64,000 nucleotides of DNA. Source: Octopus bimaculoides. Taxonomy: Eukaryota. Below, piece after piece: positions 11,601 to 22,424 of this stretch. Where the stretch lies: positions 162,812,661 to 162,876,660 of the forward strand of contig NC_068982.1 in assembly GCF_001194135.2 (NCBI RefSeq), in the 5' to 3' direction. How positions within the stretch are numbered: position 1 is the stretch's first letter; each line of letters begins with the position of its first letter. The notes beneath the pieces are model-generated. The model did no database searches. It saw only the letters and a program-made list of their open reading frames with translations, and was not told the origin of the DNA. A program made the translations under genes and the position numbers.

Positions 11601-14600
11601 AACATCGAGGAAATCCAAGAGAATGCGATGAGGCAGATGCTTGCTATTCCGAAAAAGGAGTTCCAGGAATGCTTCCTATGGAAACAATGCTGGATAGAGT
11701 GTGTGGCTTCAGGAGGGAACTCCTTCAGAGGAGATAAAATGCTGAATTGACATGTGTTGTAACTTTCTTCTTATAGCACCAGTTCCTATACTTTTTGATT
11801 AGACCTTGTATTTCCTTCATTTGTTTATAGGTAACTGCTGGTTCCACGTCATTCCTCCTCCACCATGTGATCATGTTCTTCACCAAATCTCTGTTGGCGT
11901 CACAAGTGTATGGGCTGTTGATATCCAAAGTAACCTCTGGTTTCGCAATGACATAACACCAATATTTCCCGAGGGAACATGTTGGACTAAAATTGCTAGT
12001 CAGGTACGGAGAGTATCTGTTGGACCAAAAGACCAGGTAAGACATTTACAGGAGTACACATGTCTATAAAAGTTGTTCTAATTCCAAGTGGTCTGTACTG
12101 TATATTGAAATTATTAGTTCAGTGTTTCAACATAATAATATTTATGTATTTCATTGTTTACTATTAAATGCTATAGTGAATATATTATATTCACTATAGC
12201 ATACTGAGGTACAATGGGTGAAGTTAAGGTGTTAAATTACTGACAACATAGTTATAAATTCAAATCTCACTACATTCATTGTTGGGTGTAATAAAGATCA
12301 AGACATGTAATTCTGCTTACTCTAACTTACCTGACTGAACAAACAGGTTCCTCCTTTTCCTACTTCTCAGTCCAGTAGTTAATAGTAGGAAATAACATCC
12401 ATTCAGCTGCAAGAACAATTGCTTCAGTACCCAGCCAAAGAGGAAGCATCTACATAGTGTAGTTTCAGTAAACTCTTGGCAGCAGAAGTACAGTACATGT
12501 TCAGTTTTAATTATATGTGTCTCTTTGTGTTTGTCACCCTACCACTTGACAACCAGTGCTGCTTTGTTTACATCCCTACAATTTAGTGATTTGGCAAAAG
12601 CTTGATAGAATAAGTACCAGACTTAAAATAATCACTGGGGTTGATTTGTTTGACTAAACCCTTCAAGGCAGTGTCCCAACATGACTGCAGTCCAATGACT
12701 GAAACAAGTAAAAGAGAGAAGATATCACAGCTCAGGGTAAATAGTGAAGCAGTCCTTTCCTACTCGCTATCTATTTGTTTTACAAACTCTTTCTGTCTGT
12801 CTTTCTTTGTTTCAAACACACACATTTAATAACTACGGCACTTGTGCCCGCGGCATGTCTAAGGACTTTCGAGCGAGATCGTTGCCAGTGCCCCTGGACT
12901 GGCTCTTGTGCAGGTGGCACATAAAATACACCATCTTGAGCATGGCCGTTGCCAGTACCGCCTGACTGGCCTTCATGCGGGTGACACGTAAAAGCACCCA
13001 CTACACTCTCTGAGTGGTTGGCGTTAGGAAGGGCATCCAGCCATAGAAACTCTGCCAAATCAGATTGGAGCCTGGTGTAGCCATCTGGTTTCACCAGTCC
13101 TCAGTCAAATCGTCCAACCCATGCTAGCATGGAAAGCGGACGTTAAACGACGACGATGATGATGATGATGATGATGATGACTTCAGAAAGTTTCATTGTG
13201 AATCTAAAATATATCTTGAATATAAAAAAATTTTATACACTATAAAGCTGTGGTTTTTCTATTAAATCTATGAGTTTTTCTTTAACTTTAGTTGTGGGTA
13301 GTTGTTGAAGCTGGTTTTATGAAATCTGTGACTGAAGGAGGAAGTGTTTACCAAAGATTAGGAATCACTGCTGAATGTCCAACTGGAACAGGGTGGCAAA
13401 AAGTTATTGGGGTAAGTGAAAATGTTTTCATAAAATCTACATATTTTTATTTTTTCTGTTGTTAGTATTGTTGTTGTTTAGCCCAAGACGGTTCTAACTG
13501 ATCAAAGCATTCAGCTATGACCAACTTTGACCTACTCTTTGACATTGTAAATCTAGGACTACATAATAAAATGTGTCCCTTCCTTTACAAAGCAGTAGGA
13601 TGTAATTTGAGAAAAATTTGGTTTCTATTTCTGAAGGTCAAATGGCCATGTAGAAGTTTCTTTGTTGATTCCTTATTATTTCCATTTCACCTGAGACTGT
13701 AGTAGAAGGCACTTACGCTATGTGCTGTACAGTGGGGTATATTGAATAATATAGTCCGAGATAAACTTTAGACACGATGATCATGGCTAGAATGGACCAA
13801 TCTGGGTCTAAACAACAACTAATAAATACTGTTATCTTATTCTTGTTCACTTTCAGCATGTTTACATTGAATTTTTCCCTTCCAAATTTTAAACGCCAAT
13901 CAGAATTACAGGAATAATTTTGCTTTGATAATCAGTTCTGGCAGTATAAATGCTTTCACAAACAAGTCCATAAAGAAGTAATTGTTATCATAACTTTCAT
14001 CATCATTATCATTTAGCATCTGCTTTCCATGCTGGCATGGGTTAGATGGTTTGACTGAAACTGGTAAGCTGGAGAGCTGCTCCAAGTACCAGTCTGATTT
14101 GGCATGGTTTCTATGGCTGGGATGCCCTTTCTAATGCCAACCACTCCAAGAGTGTAATGAGTGCTTTTTACGTAATACATTCAATGGCAGAGTCCTAGAA
14201 ATATTATGCTTAAAAGTAAGATGGGATGGTCATACATAGAATTTCTTTGATTTGAGGTTTATTCAGTTAGGACTGACCTGGGGCTAAAGAACAACGATCT
14301 CAGAAGGCTTAAAATGGTGGAACCTGAACTTGGAATATAAAGAGAGATAATTAACTAGTTTCTGTCATCCACTGCTCCTCTTCCTCCTCCTCTGATAATT
14401 AATATAATATTGATTAAACCAAAGTCCTAATAAGTACCTAGCTAAAACCAAAGCCCTAATAAGTAGGAAGGTAGACAAAACACAAACCCCTTCAGGTAGA
14501 TGGCCCTGCTCGATCTGTAGAAAAGGCGTAGGTAGAAACTCTATAAGATGTACCCAGTGTAAGCTATGGACACATAAGAGGTGCAGCAATATCAAAGGAA

Positions 14601-17213
14601 GGCTAACTAGGAACTTTGTTTTTGTATGTGGCAGATGTTCAGGAGCAATAAACACTGAAAATGTGCAGAAAACAACTTCTGCCAATTCCAGGGAGGAAAA
14701 CTAGATGTAGTTGATAGCTTCCGTTATCTAGGTGACCGAGTTAGTAGTGGGGGAGGGTGCACTGAAAGTGTAGCTGCTAGAATAAGAATAGCCTGGGCAA
14801 AGTTCAGAGAGCTCTTACCTCTGCTGGTGACAAAGGGCCTCTCGCTCAGAGTAAAAGGCAGACTGTATGACGCATGTGTACGAACAACCATGCTATATGG
14901 CAGTGAAACATGGGCTGTGACTGTTGAGGACATGCGTAAGCTTGCAAGGAATGATGCCAGTATGCTCCGATGGATATGTAATGTCAGTGTGCATACTCGA
15001 CAGAGTGTAAGTACCTTGAGAGAAAAGTTGAACCTAAGAAGCATCAGTTGTGTTGTGCAAGAGAGACGATTGCACTGGTATGGTCATGTGGTGAGAATGG
15101 ATGAGGATAGCTGTGTGAAAAAGTGCCACGCCCTAGCGGTTGAGGGAACCTGTGGAAGAGGTAAACACAGGAAGACCTGGGATGAGGTGGTGAAGCACGA
15201 CCTTCGAACATTAGGCCTCATCGAGGCAATGACTTGTGACCAAGACCTTTGGAAATATGCTGTGCGTGAGAAGACCTGGCAAGACAAGTAAGACCATAAT
15301 CCGAGGCCTTTGCCAGGGATGTAGCCAGCCCACTTATGTGTACCTTTCCTCCATTGGACACTAAACTCTGCTTGCGAAGACCTGTTGAGGCAAGTGAAAT
15401 CGAAATCGTGTTGGTACCTGTACCAGTGGAGTGCTAAGATCACCGTCCAAGCGTGATCATTGCCAGAGCAGCTGTCTGGCATCTGTGCCAGTAGCACGTA
15501 AATAGCACCATTTGAGCGTGATCGTTATCAGCGTCGTGTTACTGGCACTTGTGCCGGTGGCACGTGAAAAAACATTTGAGCAATATCGTTGCCAGTGCTG
15601 CTGGACTGGCTCCTGTGCAGGTGGCACACAAAATACACCATTTTGAGCATGGTGTAGCCTTCTGGTTTGCCAGTCCTGAGTAAAATCGTCCAACCCATGC
15701 TAGCATGGAAGGCGGACGTTAAACGATGATGATGATGATGATTACAATTAAAGCTTAACTCCTCCTTAATTACTTCCCATTCAATCTTTAGCATATCATC
15801 CTGTCCTAAAATAATCTGGTCATTTGACTAGCATTTTGTTTCTTTTATTTATTTATTTTTTGTGGGAGAGGGTTTGTGTGTGTGTGTGTACATTTTCTAC
15901 TTTCTGTTTCTCTGTATATTTATCGGTCTTCCTTTTACTATTTCAAACTGTCTCTCTTTCTTGGATTCAGACAGCATAAGCTAATTACTCTATCATAGCT
16001 ATGAAAAGTTAATCATAGAACTAGCCATATTCCTGAATCTGTTGTTTTCAAGAGAACAATAAGACCACTGCCATTTTATCATAATGTTCACTACACTATT
16101 ATTTCACTTACCACATTACACTGCTGTGTTATAGTGTTGAATGCATTGTTTCACTTCCACACTATACTACTGAAATATAATGTCCAGTACACTCTGTTTG
16201 CCTTCTACACTAGAGTATCACTGTAATACAATATTCTGTATGCATTTATGTCCACACTTAGAATTTGCATCACACATCTGGAAGCCCTATCTTGTTCAGA
16301 ATATCAATCTGGAAACTGTTCAGAAATGTTCAACCAGATGTGTACCTGCCATACCCTGAACATCTTACTTCCCTGGGCATGTACACATTAAATCTCTGAC
16401 ATCTGACAACTGATTTGGTAGACACCTACAAGATTATCCACTACCTTTCCAATAACAACCTTGGTTATCTTTTTGAATTCCATGTCTAATACTTGTAGAC
16501 ATGCTTACAAAATTAAAAAAAACAACAGTACCCATGACTTTCGAAAACATTTTTTCATGCTCAAAATTTTTGAAGCATAGAATAAACTACCTGCATCCTT
16601 TGTTAGCTGTCAAGACACGACATCCTTCAAAATTTCCATGCTTCCTGAAATTTGCCAACAGTACACTTGATGTGCCCTGCCCACACTTTTTTTGTTTTAA
16701 CAACTCGTATACTATTCACTCCCTGTGCATTATTCTATGTACTCTTCATGCACTTTTGGCTACTTTTTCTGATGAGTTGCAGTGCACCTGAGCACTGTAT
16801 ACAATAAGTTCATTATTATTATATTGTTCAGTACATACTGTTTCATTACTCTCACTTCACTTAAAATGTTTCTGCTGTGTGATCAAGAACATTACATTGC
16901 TAACACCATAAAATATCATATCTGAGTGGGTAACACTGCTATGAATGAGAGCATGTTCGACAAACATCTCTAAGTGTGAAAATGAGATATATCTTGCATT
17001 AATTTTCTGTTGTTAATGAGAGGAATTGGCAATCACAAGTATCTGCAGTAGTCCTATTTATTTAATTTTATATATTATCTTATGTGGAAAGTACGATTAT
17101 TTCTTGGATTTTAATTCAATTCTGCTTGTATTTGTGTTTTGCAGGGTGGCTGGCAACACGTTTCCATAAGAGGCTGCATGGAAGACATGATAGTTCCTGC
17201 TATTTCAATTTGA
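628..17213 (+). CDS. TECPR1: Tectonin beta-propeller repeat-containing protein 1, C-terminal part (second dysferlin domain plus TECPR repeats); 5' part lies upstream of window
   Basis: Exons 628-724, 2882-2961, 6031-6087, 8750-8942, 10942-11083, 11831-12036, 13292-13411 and 17145-17213 join in frame at AG/GT sites. Translation: GFMADGHDWSDRSG..LPSGQWIW/MTDWIIDYSVPGGVDPEGWQYSTDFNR/PFHRRKGWTDTVRRRRWYR/KCKISTRGPW..AVWAVGWNGDVLCRRGVTPSTPQ/GAYWQH..DQPFQAISVG..VWAIAKDGSAWFRCGV..PAG/NCWFH..ISVGVTSVWAVD..RVSVGPKDQ/LWVV..GWQKVIG/GGWQHVSIRG..stop. This is collinear with recalled human TECPR1. Confidence 0.93.
2882..2961 (+). CDS. TECPR1: TECPR1 exon (DWIIDYSVPGGVDPEGWQYSTDF)
   Basis: Acceptor atag at 2878-2881; DysF motif; weak donor AG|GTCTCC. 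Confidence 0.88.
3065..3345. repeat. Degenerate ~20-bp minisatellite
   Basis: Recurring ttatgataatctcaatcta-like units. Confidence 0.65.
3448..3665 (+). repeat. ~200-bp dispersed repeat family (representative copy; about 15 or more copies in window)
   Basis: Consensus core ctgctagaaatagcagccaaatctccctcaaat..ggctggaatgcctttgatcata..ctggggctaaacaacaac; copy coordinates listed in findings. Confidence 0.8.
3800..4410 (+). mobile_element. CR1/L2-group LINE 3' end
   Basis: Homologous to 16250-16830; both end ttttctgatgagttg(t/c)agtgca..tgtatacaataagttcat(t)attatt; decayed VEAWDKL / DLVDTHK motifs. Confidence 0.7.
4410..5930 (+). repeat. Degenerate ~30-bp AT-rich minisatellite
   Basis: Recurring tattggtatactaacattctataggta-like units. 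Confidence 0.75.
6031..6087 (+). CDS. TECPR1: TECPR1 exon (VRRRRW DysF-C motif)
   Basis: ttttctag|..|gtaagt; phases match neighbouring exons. Confidence 0.9.
6822..7330 (-). mobile_element. RTE-clade LINE 3' end
   Basis: ORF 7131..7409(-) GTCGRRRPRKTWDEALKDDLRTL; tail catcatcatc at ~6826. Confidence 0.85.
7392..7455 (-). mobile_element. tRNA-like head (SINE fragment or tRNA pseudogene)
   Basis: Perfect B-box ggttcgagtccca and degenerate A-box on minus strand; no intact cloverleaf seen. Confidence 0.4.
8750..8942 (+). CDS. TECPR1: TECPR1 exon
   Basis: tttcag|G AAA TGT..CCA CAG|gtaaca; lies within ORF 8718..9011. Confidence 0.9.
10942..11083 (+). CDS. TECPR1: TECPR1 exon
   Basis: tttcag|GGT GCT TAT TGG..CCA GCC G|gtaaac. 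Confidence 0.9.
11430..11810 (+). mobile_element. Internally deleted mariner/Tc1 relic (different subfamily)
   Basis: LKMVITGDKPWVYGYDP is fused directly to KIKSHLKG..FQNIEEIQEN..WIECVASGGNSFRGD; right TIR-like tttttgattagaccttgta. Confidence 0.75.
11831..12036 (+). CDS. TECPR1: TECPR1 exon
   Basis: ttatag|GT AAC TGC TGG..GAC CAG|gtaaga; lies within ORF 11806..12069. Confidence 0.92.
12838..13180 (+). mobile_element. Young RTE 3' UTR/tail copy
   Basis: Same 3' UTR modules and (GAT)n tail. Confidence 0.88.
13292..13411 (+). CDS. TECPR1: TECPR1 exon (120 nt, phase 0-0)
   Basis: ctttag|TTG TGG GTA..ATT GGG|gtaagt. Confidence 0.88.
14416..15742 (+). mobile_element. RTE-clade LINE, 5'-truncated, with RT C-terminus, 3' UTR and (GAT)n tail
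   Basis: LAKTK..PHD-like Cys/His..VDSFRYLGD..LYGSETW..RLHWYGHVVRM..GRGKHRKTW; tail gttaaacgatgatgatg. Confidence 0.93.
16250..16830 (+). mobile_element. CR1/L2-group LINE 3' end
   Basis: PHLEFASHIWKPYL RT C-terminal motif and the same tail as the 3800 copy. Confidence 0.75.
17145..17213 (+). CDS. TECPR1: TECPR1 last coding exon
   Basis: ttgcag|GGT GGC TGG CAA CAC GTT TCC ATA AGA..ATT TGA (GGWQHVSIRG; recalled human GGWDHISVR). Confidence 0.85.
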   Translation, partial: GGWQHVSIRGCMEDMIVPAISI

Positions 17214-17239
17214 TAGTCAGGTGTCCCACCAGCACTGTA

Positions 17240-17382
17240 TTGTGTGTGTATGTGTATGTGTGTGTGTGTGTAAGTATACGTACATACATATATATATGTA
17301 TGTATATATGTGCGTGTGTGTGTGTATATATATATGTATATGTATGTATGTATATATGTCTATCTATCTATCTATCTATCTA

Positions 17383-17421
<39 letters not shown>
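17240..17421. repeat. Compound TG/TA/TCTA microsatellite (others at 6386-6428, 8618-8670, 18550-18740, 31850-31925, 41445-41492, 46045-46340)
   Basis: Direct inspection; most long N gaps abut such tracts. Confidence 0.95.
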
Positions 17422-17892
17422 NNNNNNNNNNNNNNNNNNNNNNNNNNNNNNNNNNNNNNNNNNNNNNNNNNNNNNNNNNNNNNNNNNNNNNNNNNNNNNN
17501 NNNNNNNNNNNNNNNNNNNNNNNNNNNNNNNNNNNNNNNNNNNNNNNNNNNNNNNNNNNNNNNNNNNNNNNNNNNNNNNNNNNNNNNNNNNNNNNNNNNN
17601 NNNNNNNNNNNNNNNNNNNNNNNNNNNNNNNNNNNNNNNNNNNNNNNNNNNNNNNNNNNNNNNNNNNNNNNNNNNNNNNNNNNNNNNNNNNNNNNNNNNN
17701 NNNNNNNNNNNNNNNNNNNNNNNNNNNNNNNNNNNNNNNNNNNNNNNNNNNNNNNNNNNNNNNNNNNNNNNNNNNNNNNNNNNNNNNNNNNNNNNNNNNN
17801 NNNNNNNNNNNNNNNNNNNNNNNNNNNNNNNNNNNNNNNNNNNNNNNNNNNNNNNNNNNNNNNNNNNNNNNNNNNNNNNNNNNNNNNTTATA

Positions 17893-18553
17893 TAGATGAG
17901 AAGAAAATGGAGGGAAAATAACTAACAAACAGAAGTGTGTCTTTTGCACTAGTAAACCATTATTTAATTAGTAAATAAAGGTGAGAGTGAGAGTGAAGTT
18001 GTTTACGATCGTGAGGGAGATATATTTTTATATTTTTGCCTTGTTGGCAATGGTAGACATTGTCAGAACGAAGAAATCAGAGGTAGAGAGAAGAGTGAAA
18101 GATCAATGGTTACATCGGAAAAGAGATCAAAGATTCGAGTGTCTTACATTATAGTTGCCCGTGACTTCTGGGGGTAAACCCCAGAAGTCACAGGCACGTG
18201 CAAGACATGCCACTGAATAACCATGAGACCACAGGTCCAACTAACTTATATTCTTCATCCACCTCACAATGGACTTAAAGAACTGTGAAGCCAACTACAA
18301 TGTAAGACACTTGAATCTTTGGTCTTCTCTTTTCCAATATAACCATTGATCTTTTACTCTTCTCTCTACCTCTGACTTCTTCATTCTGACAATGTCTACC
18401 ATTGGTAACAAGGAAAAATATAAATATATATTTTCCGCACCATTGTAAACAACTTCACTCACACTCTTACCTTTATTTCCTAATTAAATAATGGCTTACT
18501 AGTGCAAAAGATACAGTTCTGTTTGTTATTTTTCCTCCATTTTCTCCTCATAT
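17893..18553. repeat. Fold-back element/MITE with ~260-bp inverted arms
   Basis: 17893-18159 is the approximate reverse complement of 18290-18553; flanked by TA runs; inner 13-bp perfect stem 18161-18191. Confidence 0.9.
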
Positions 18554-18685
18554 ATATATATACACACACACATATATATACACATATATACATATACATA
18601 TATATATGTGTGCTAGCTTCCTGGTAATTAATCGATATTAATTAATATATGATTTTTACCCTATGTTAATGTATATATATATATA

Positions 18686-18739
<54 letters not shown>

Positions 18740-20149
18740 NNNNNNNNNNNNNNNNNNNNNNNNNNNNNNNNNNNNNNNNNNNNNNNNNNNNNNNNNNNNN
18801 NNNNNNNNNNNNNNNNNNNNNNNNNNNNNNNNNNNNNNNNNNNNNNNNNNNNNNNNNNNNNNNNNNNNNNNNNNNNNNNNNNNNNNNNNNNNNNNNNNNN
18901 NNNNNNNNNNNNNNNNNNNNNNNNNNNNNNNNNNNNNNNNNNNNNNNNNNNNNNNNNNNNNNNNNNNNNNNNNNNNNNNNNNNNNNNNNNNNNNNNNNNN
19001 NNNNNNNNNNNNNNNNNNNNNNNNNNNNNNNNNNNNNNNNNNNNNNNNNNNNNNNNNNNNNNNNNNNNNNNNNNNNNNNNNNNNNNNNNNNNNNNNNNNN
19101 NNNNNNNNNNNNNNNNNNNNNNNNNNNNNNNNNNNNNNNNNNNNNNNNNNNNNNNNNNNNNNNNNNNNNNNNNNNNNAGACATATATGTAATATTCACAC
19201 TTTTTAATGCTCACTCAAGGTTTTCTATAGTATTATTATAAGCACCTTTTTATCAACAGACACTAATAAAGACAAACCAGTTCAGGACATTTTGTTCTGA
19301 GCAAACCTGATTTTAGCTAAAAACATAATTTTTTAGGAAATAAGTTGGCTACAAATGTTTTAAAATATTTTTGCCTTTTTTTAAAAATTATTTTCAAACA
19401 ATGAACTCTTCGCTTCATACCATTTCTAAATATTCATTCTACCTGAATTGTTAAAAGATTGATTCATATTTCCATGGACATTATCATTTCTCATCTTTGA
19501 TATATTATTATTTCAATATACACATTTCTGCAAATTCCTGCCTACACAGGGTTTCTTTTTTATGAATGATAATCTGTTTTTGTTGTTGTTGTTCTTGTTT
19601 ATGTTGGCCTTAATTGAACAGATCCATGATCAAAGGCCTTCCAACCATGGTCATCCTGTCTTTCATTTCTATGTAGTATTCCTATAGCTACATTATCTAA
19701 TGTGCAATTTAAAAAAAAAAATAGAAGGGTGTTAGTTGAAGATTTGACTGTTATTTTTAGCAGGTCATTGATGCAGAGGCTCCTTATCAACTTGGTTTCT
19801 GATGAAACAAAACCAAAAGATTTCTTCAGTAATAGATTTGTACTTAAAATACTTTTGAGTTGACAGATCATACACCCTTTCCTACATTAACTGTATATTT
19901 ATTTCTCATATTTACACTTTGATATTTTCAAGTAGAATATTTGACTGTACTGGAAATGGAGCCAAAGTTTAAAAAATCAGCTATAGGTATCTCATTATTT
20001 CTTCTAAGTTGAACATTTTCTTCTTCATTTGCACTGTTTACTTATCTGTCAGTAAGAACAAGTACCAGATCAACATGGGAATGTAACCTGTGAGAAACTG
20101 GCATCCACTGCAGGGGAAAGTTTATTTTTTATGAAACTTAAGCTAAATT

Positions 20150-20790
20150 CTGGTATACAGGAGGATTTTATAGCTTGTAGAGGCATTTACATCTATATAA
20201 ATGCTCTTATATAGATGATACCACCCTACATTCTGCCTCACTTTCCATCTACAGGCTTCTACCACATATATCCTTGAAATTTCTGTGCAGGAATCCTCAT
20301 CTACAAAGCAAGCCACATTACACATATCAAGAAAGCTTATCAACACTACTCATAGGCAACACATAACCAGAAACATCAATTTTTTTTTTTTCAAATACAA
20401 GGTTTCAACAACCTCTGATAATTTTTCATTGGAATTATATTACAAAAACTGGATTTTCTCATCAGAAGCAAAAATATTTCAGCCTAGAACAGTTGCTGGC
20501 TCTCTAACCCTTTACCTGTCTGGTGTATCACATGAAACACAGGATATATTCCCCAGGTGACCATGCATCATATATGACACACATTCCCGATTTTTTCAAC
20601 CACCAGAGTAACTTGGGACTTATGAAAAGAAAGCTTTATTTTATTCAGTATATATACAACAATGGCCAACTGAAAATCTGAAAACAAGTATGGACGTTTA
20701 GAACAAACTTGTGAGAATGCTTTGAACAGGCCAAGAGTTATGCATTACACATTTGGGACTGGCTACCCATTAAACACTTTTACATTCTAA
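20150..20790 (+). mobile_element. Highly decayed LINE RT relic
   Basis: YIDDTTLHSA (YADD-like) at ~20208 and SLTLYLSG.. downstream. Confidence 0.35.
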
Positions 20791-21932
20791 ACTATCTTCA
20801 ATAGGAGCAAGCATGGCCTTATGGCTTTGAAGTTTGCTTCACAGCCACATTATTCCAGGTTCCATGTAGTGATATGGCACTGAGGGTAGTTTTTTTTTTT
20901 ATTATAGCCTAGCATTGATCAATGCCTTACAAATAGAATTAGGTCAACAGAAACTGTGCACAAGACTGCCATACATGTGTGTCTTGTACTAATGTTTGTG
21001 TAAGATGTAAATAACAATGAGAAAAGCAATAAACTGGTGCCTTTGAACAAATATACCTTGTGGCATTGGTTCTGCTTGAGTTGTGTAAATACTTGCTTTT
21101 CACTGTCACCATCATAAATTTTGTGAACCAGTGATTAGCCATTTGGAAGTCTGTAACCAACAAGGCTCTTGTTTAAAAAATGCAGGATAAATTAACAAAA
21201 TAAAGATGTGAATAAAGGAAAGTTAACATGGACATTAAATAATGCAGAAGATTGTCAAGCTTAAGAGAAATGTAATAAGCATGTTCAGTTGAATATGTAA
21301 TGTTAACTTTTGTTCAAGTGAATGGTTTAATCACAAGAAGGACAGTGCTATGACCCTTTTTCCTGATCTGATACTAATGTGAAGAAGGGACAAAATTATC
21401 CTTACCTGGCTCAAAAGCTTGCAACACAGTACAATATGGCAGTCACATTCAGCATGGAAAAATTGATTATAAAATGATGAGGCAAGACTTCACTCTCACT
21501 TCATCAAGACATGTCTTTATCTTCTACAATACTGTGTTCTTTAAGCTCACCAACTATGTGTTCTTTTCATGATTGCACCTACTTCACTTCTTTCTCTTAT
21601 TTTTTATTGATTTTTTTTTTAGTATACTATTTACTCCAATCCTTCCACCTCAAACCTGCACTACTCCCTAATTCTCATGTCACATATTTTCTCTCAAAAT
21701 ACTGATATTCAGCAGTTCAGACAGAACATTAACTGCACTAGCCTGACTGGCTTCCTTATTCTTGTCTACAAAAGCCTGCAAATACCATGGACTCAGTCTT
21801 TTTTTATTGGTCAGACCTGAGAAATCTTTTTTGAATTAGAAGAAATGCATTATTGTTTAATGACATTTGATCTGTTAATTATTCAAATAATAGAAAATGT
21901 TGTTGTAAACAATATTATAGAGGAAATTATCA

Positions 21933-22235
21933 TCATTATCATTTAATGTCTGTTGTCCATGCTGGCATGGGTTGGACGGTTTGACCAGGGCTGGTAAGCT
22001 GGAAGGTCGCATCAGACTCCAGTCTGATTTGGCATGGTTTTCTCCGGCTGGATGCCCTTCCTAACGCCAACCACTCTGAGAGTGTAATGGGTGCTTTTTC
22101 GTGCCACCGGTATGGGTGCCATTTGCATGACACTGGTATCTGCCACGACTGCATTTTTGTTGGGCTTAACAGGTCTTCTCAAGCATGACGTAATGCTAAA
22201 AGTCTTGGTCATTGCCTCTGTGAGGTCCAACGCTT
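21933..22235 (-). mobile_element. RTE 3' tail copy (older copies also at 9735-9930, 13998-14170, 36310-36470, 52505-52635, 59340-59440)
   Basis: catcattatcatttaatgtctgttgtccatgctggcatgggttggacgg is the reverse complement of the family tail. Confidence 0.8.
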
Positions 22236-22424
22236 GAAAGGAACTCTGCCTCCGTGAGGCCCAATGCTCAAAAGGAATTCAGCCACTTTGCCTCCTTGAG
22301 GTCCAAATCACTGAAAAACTATACATTGAAATACTCAAAATTCACCTTTTCAATTTTTACATGTCAGACATTGTCTCACCTGAGAAAATTTACTCAACTA
22401 TAATGGTATTTTCTTACAACTGAA

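Noticed and set aside
17084-19241. Long ORFs (160-270 aa) in the ORF track
   Set aside because: They are TA/TG microsatellites running through N gaps. Only 17145-17213 (TECPR1, different frame) is coding.
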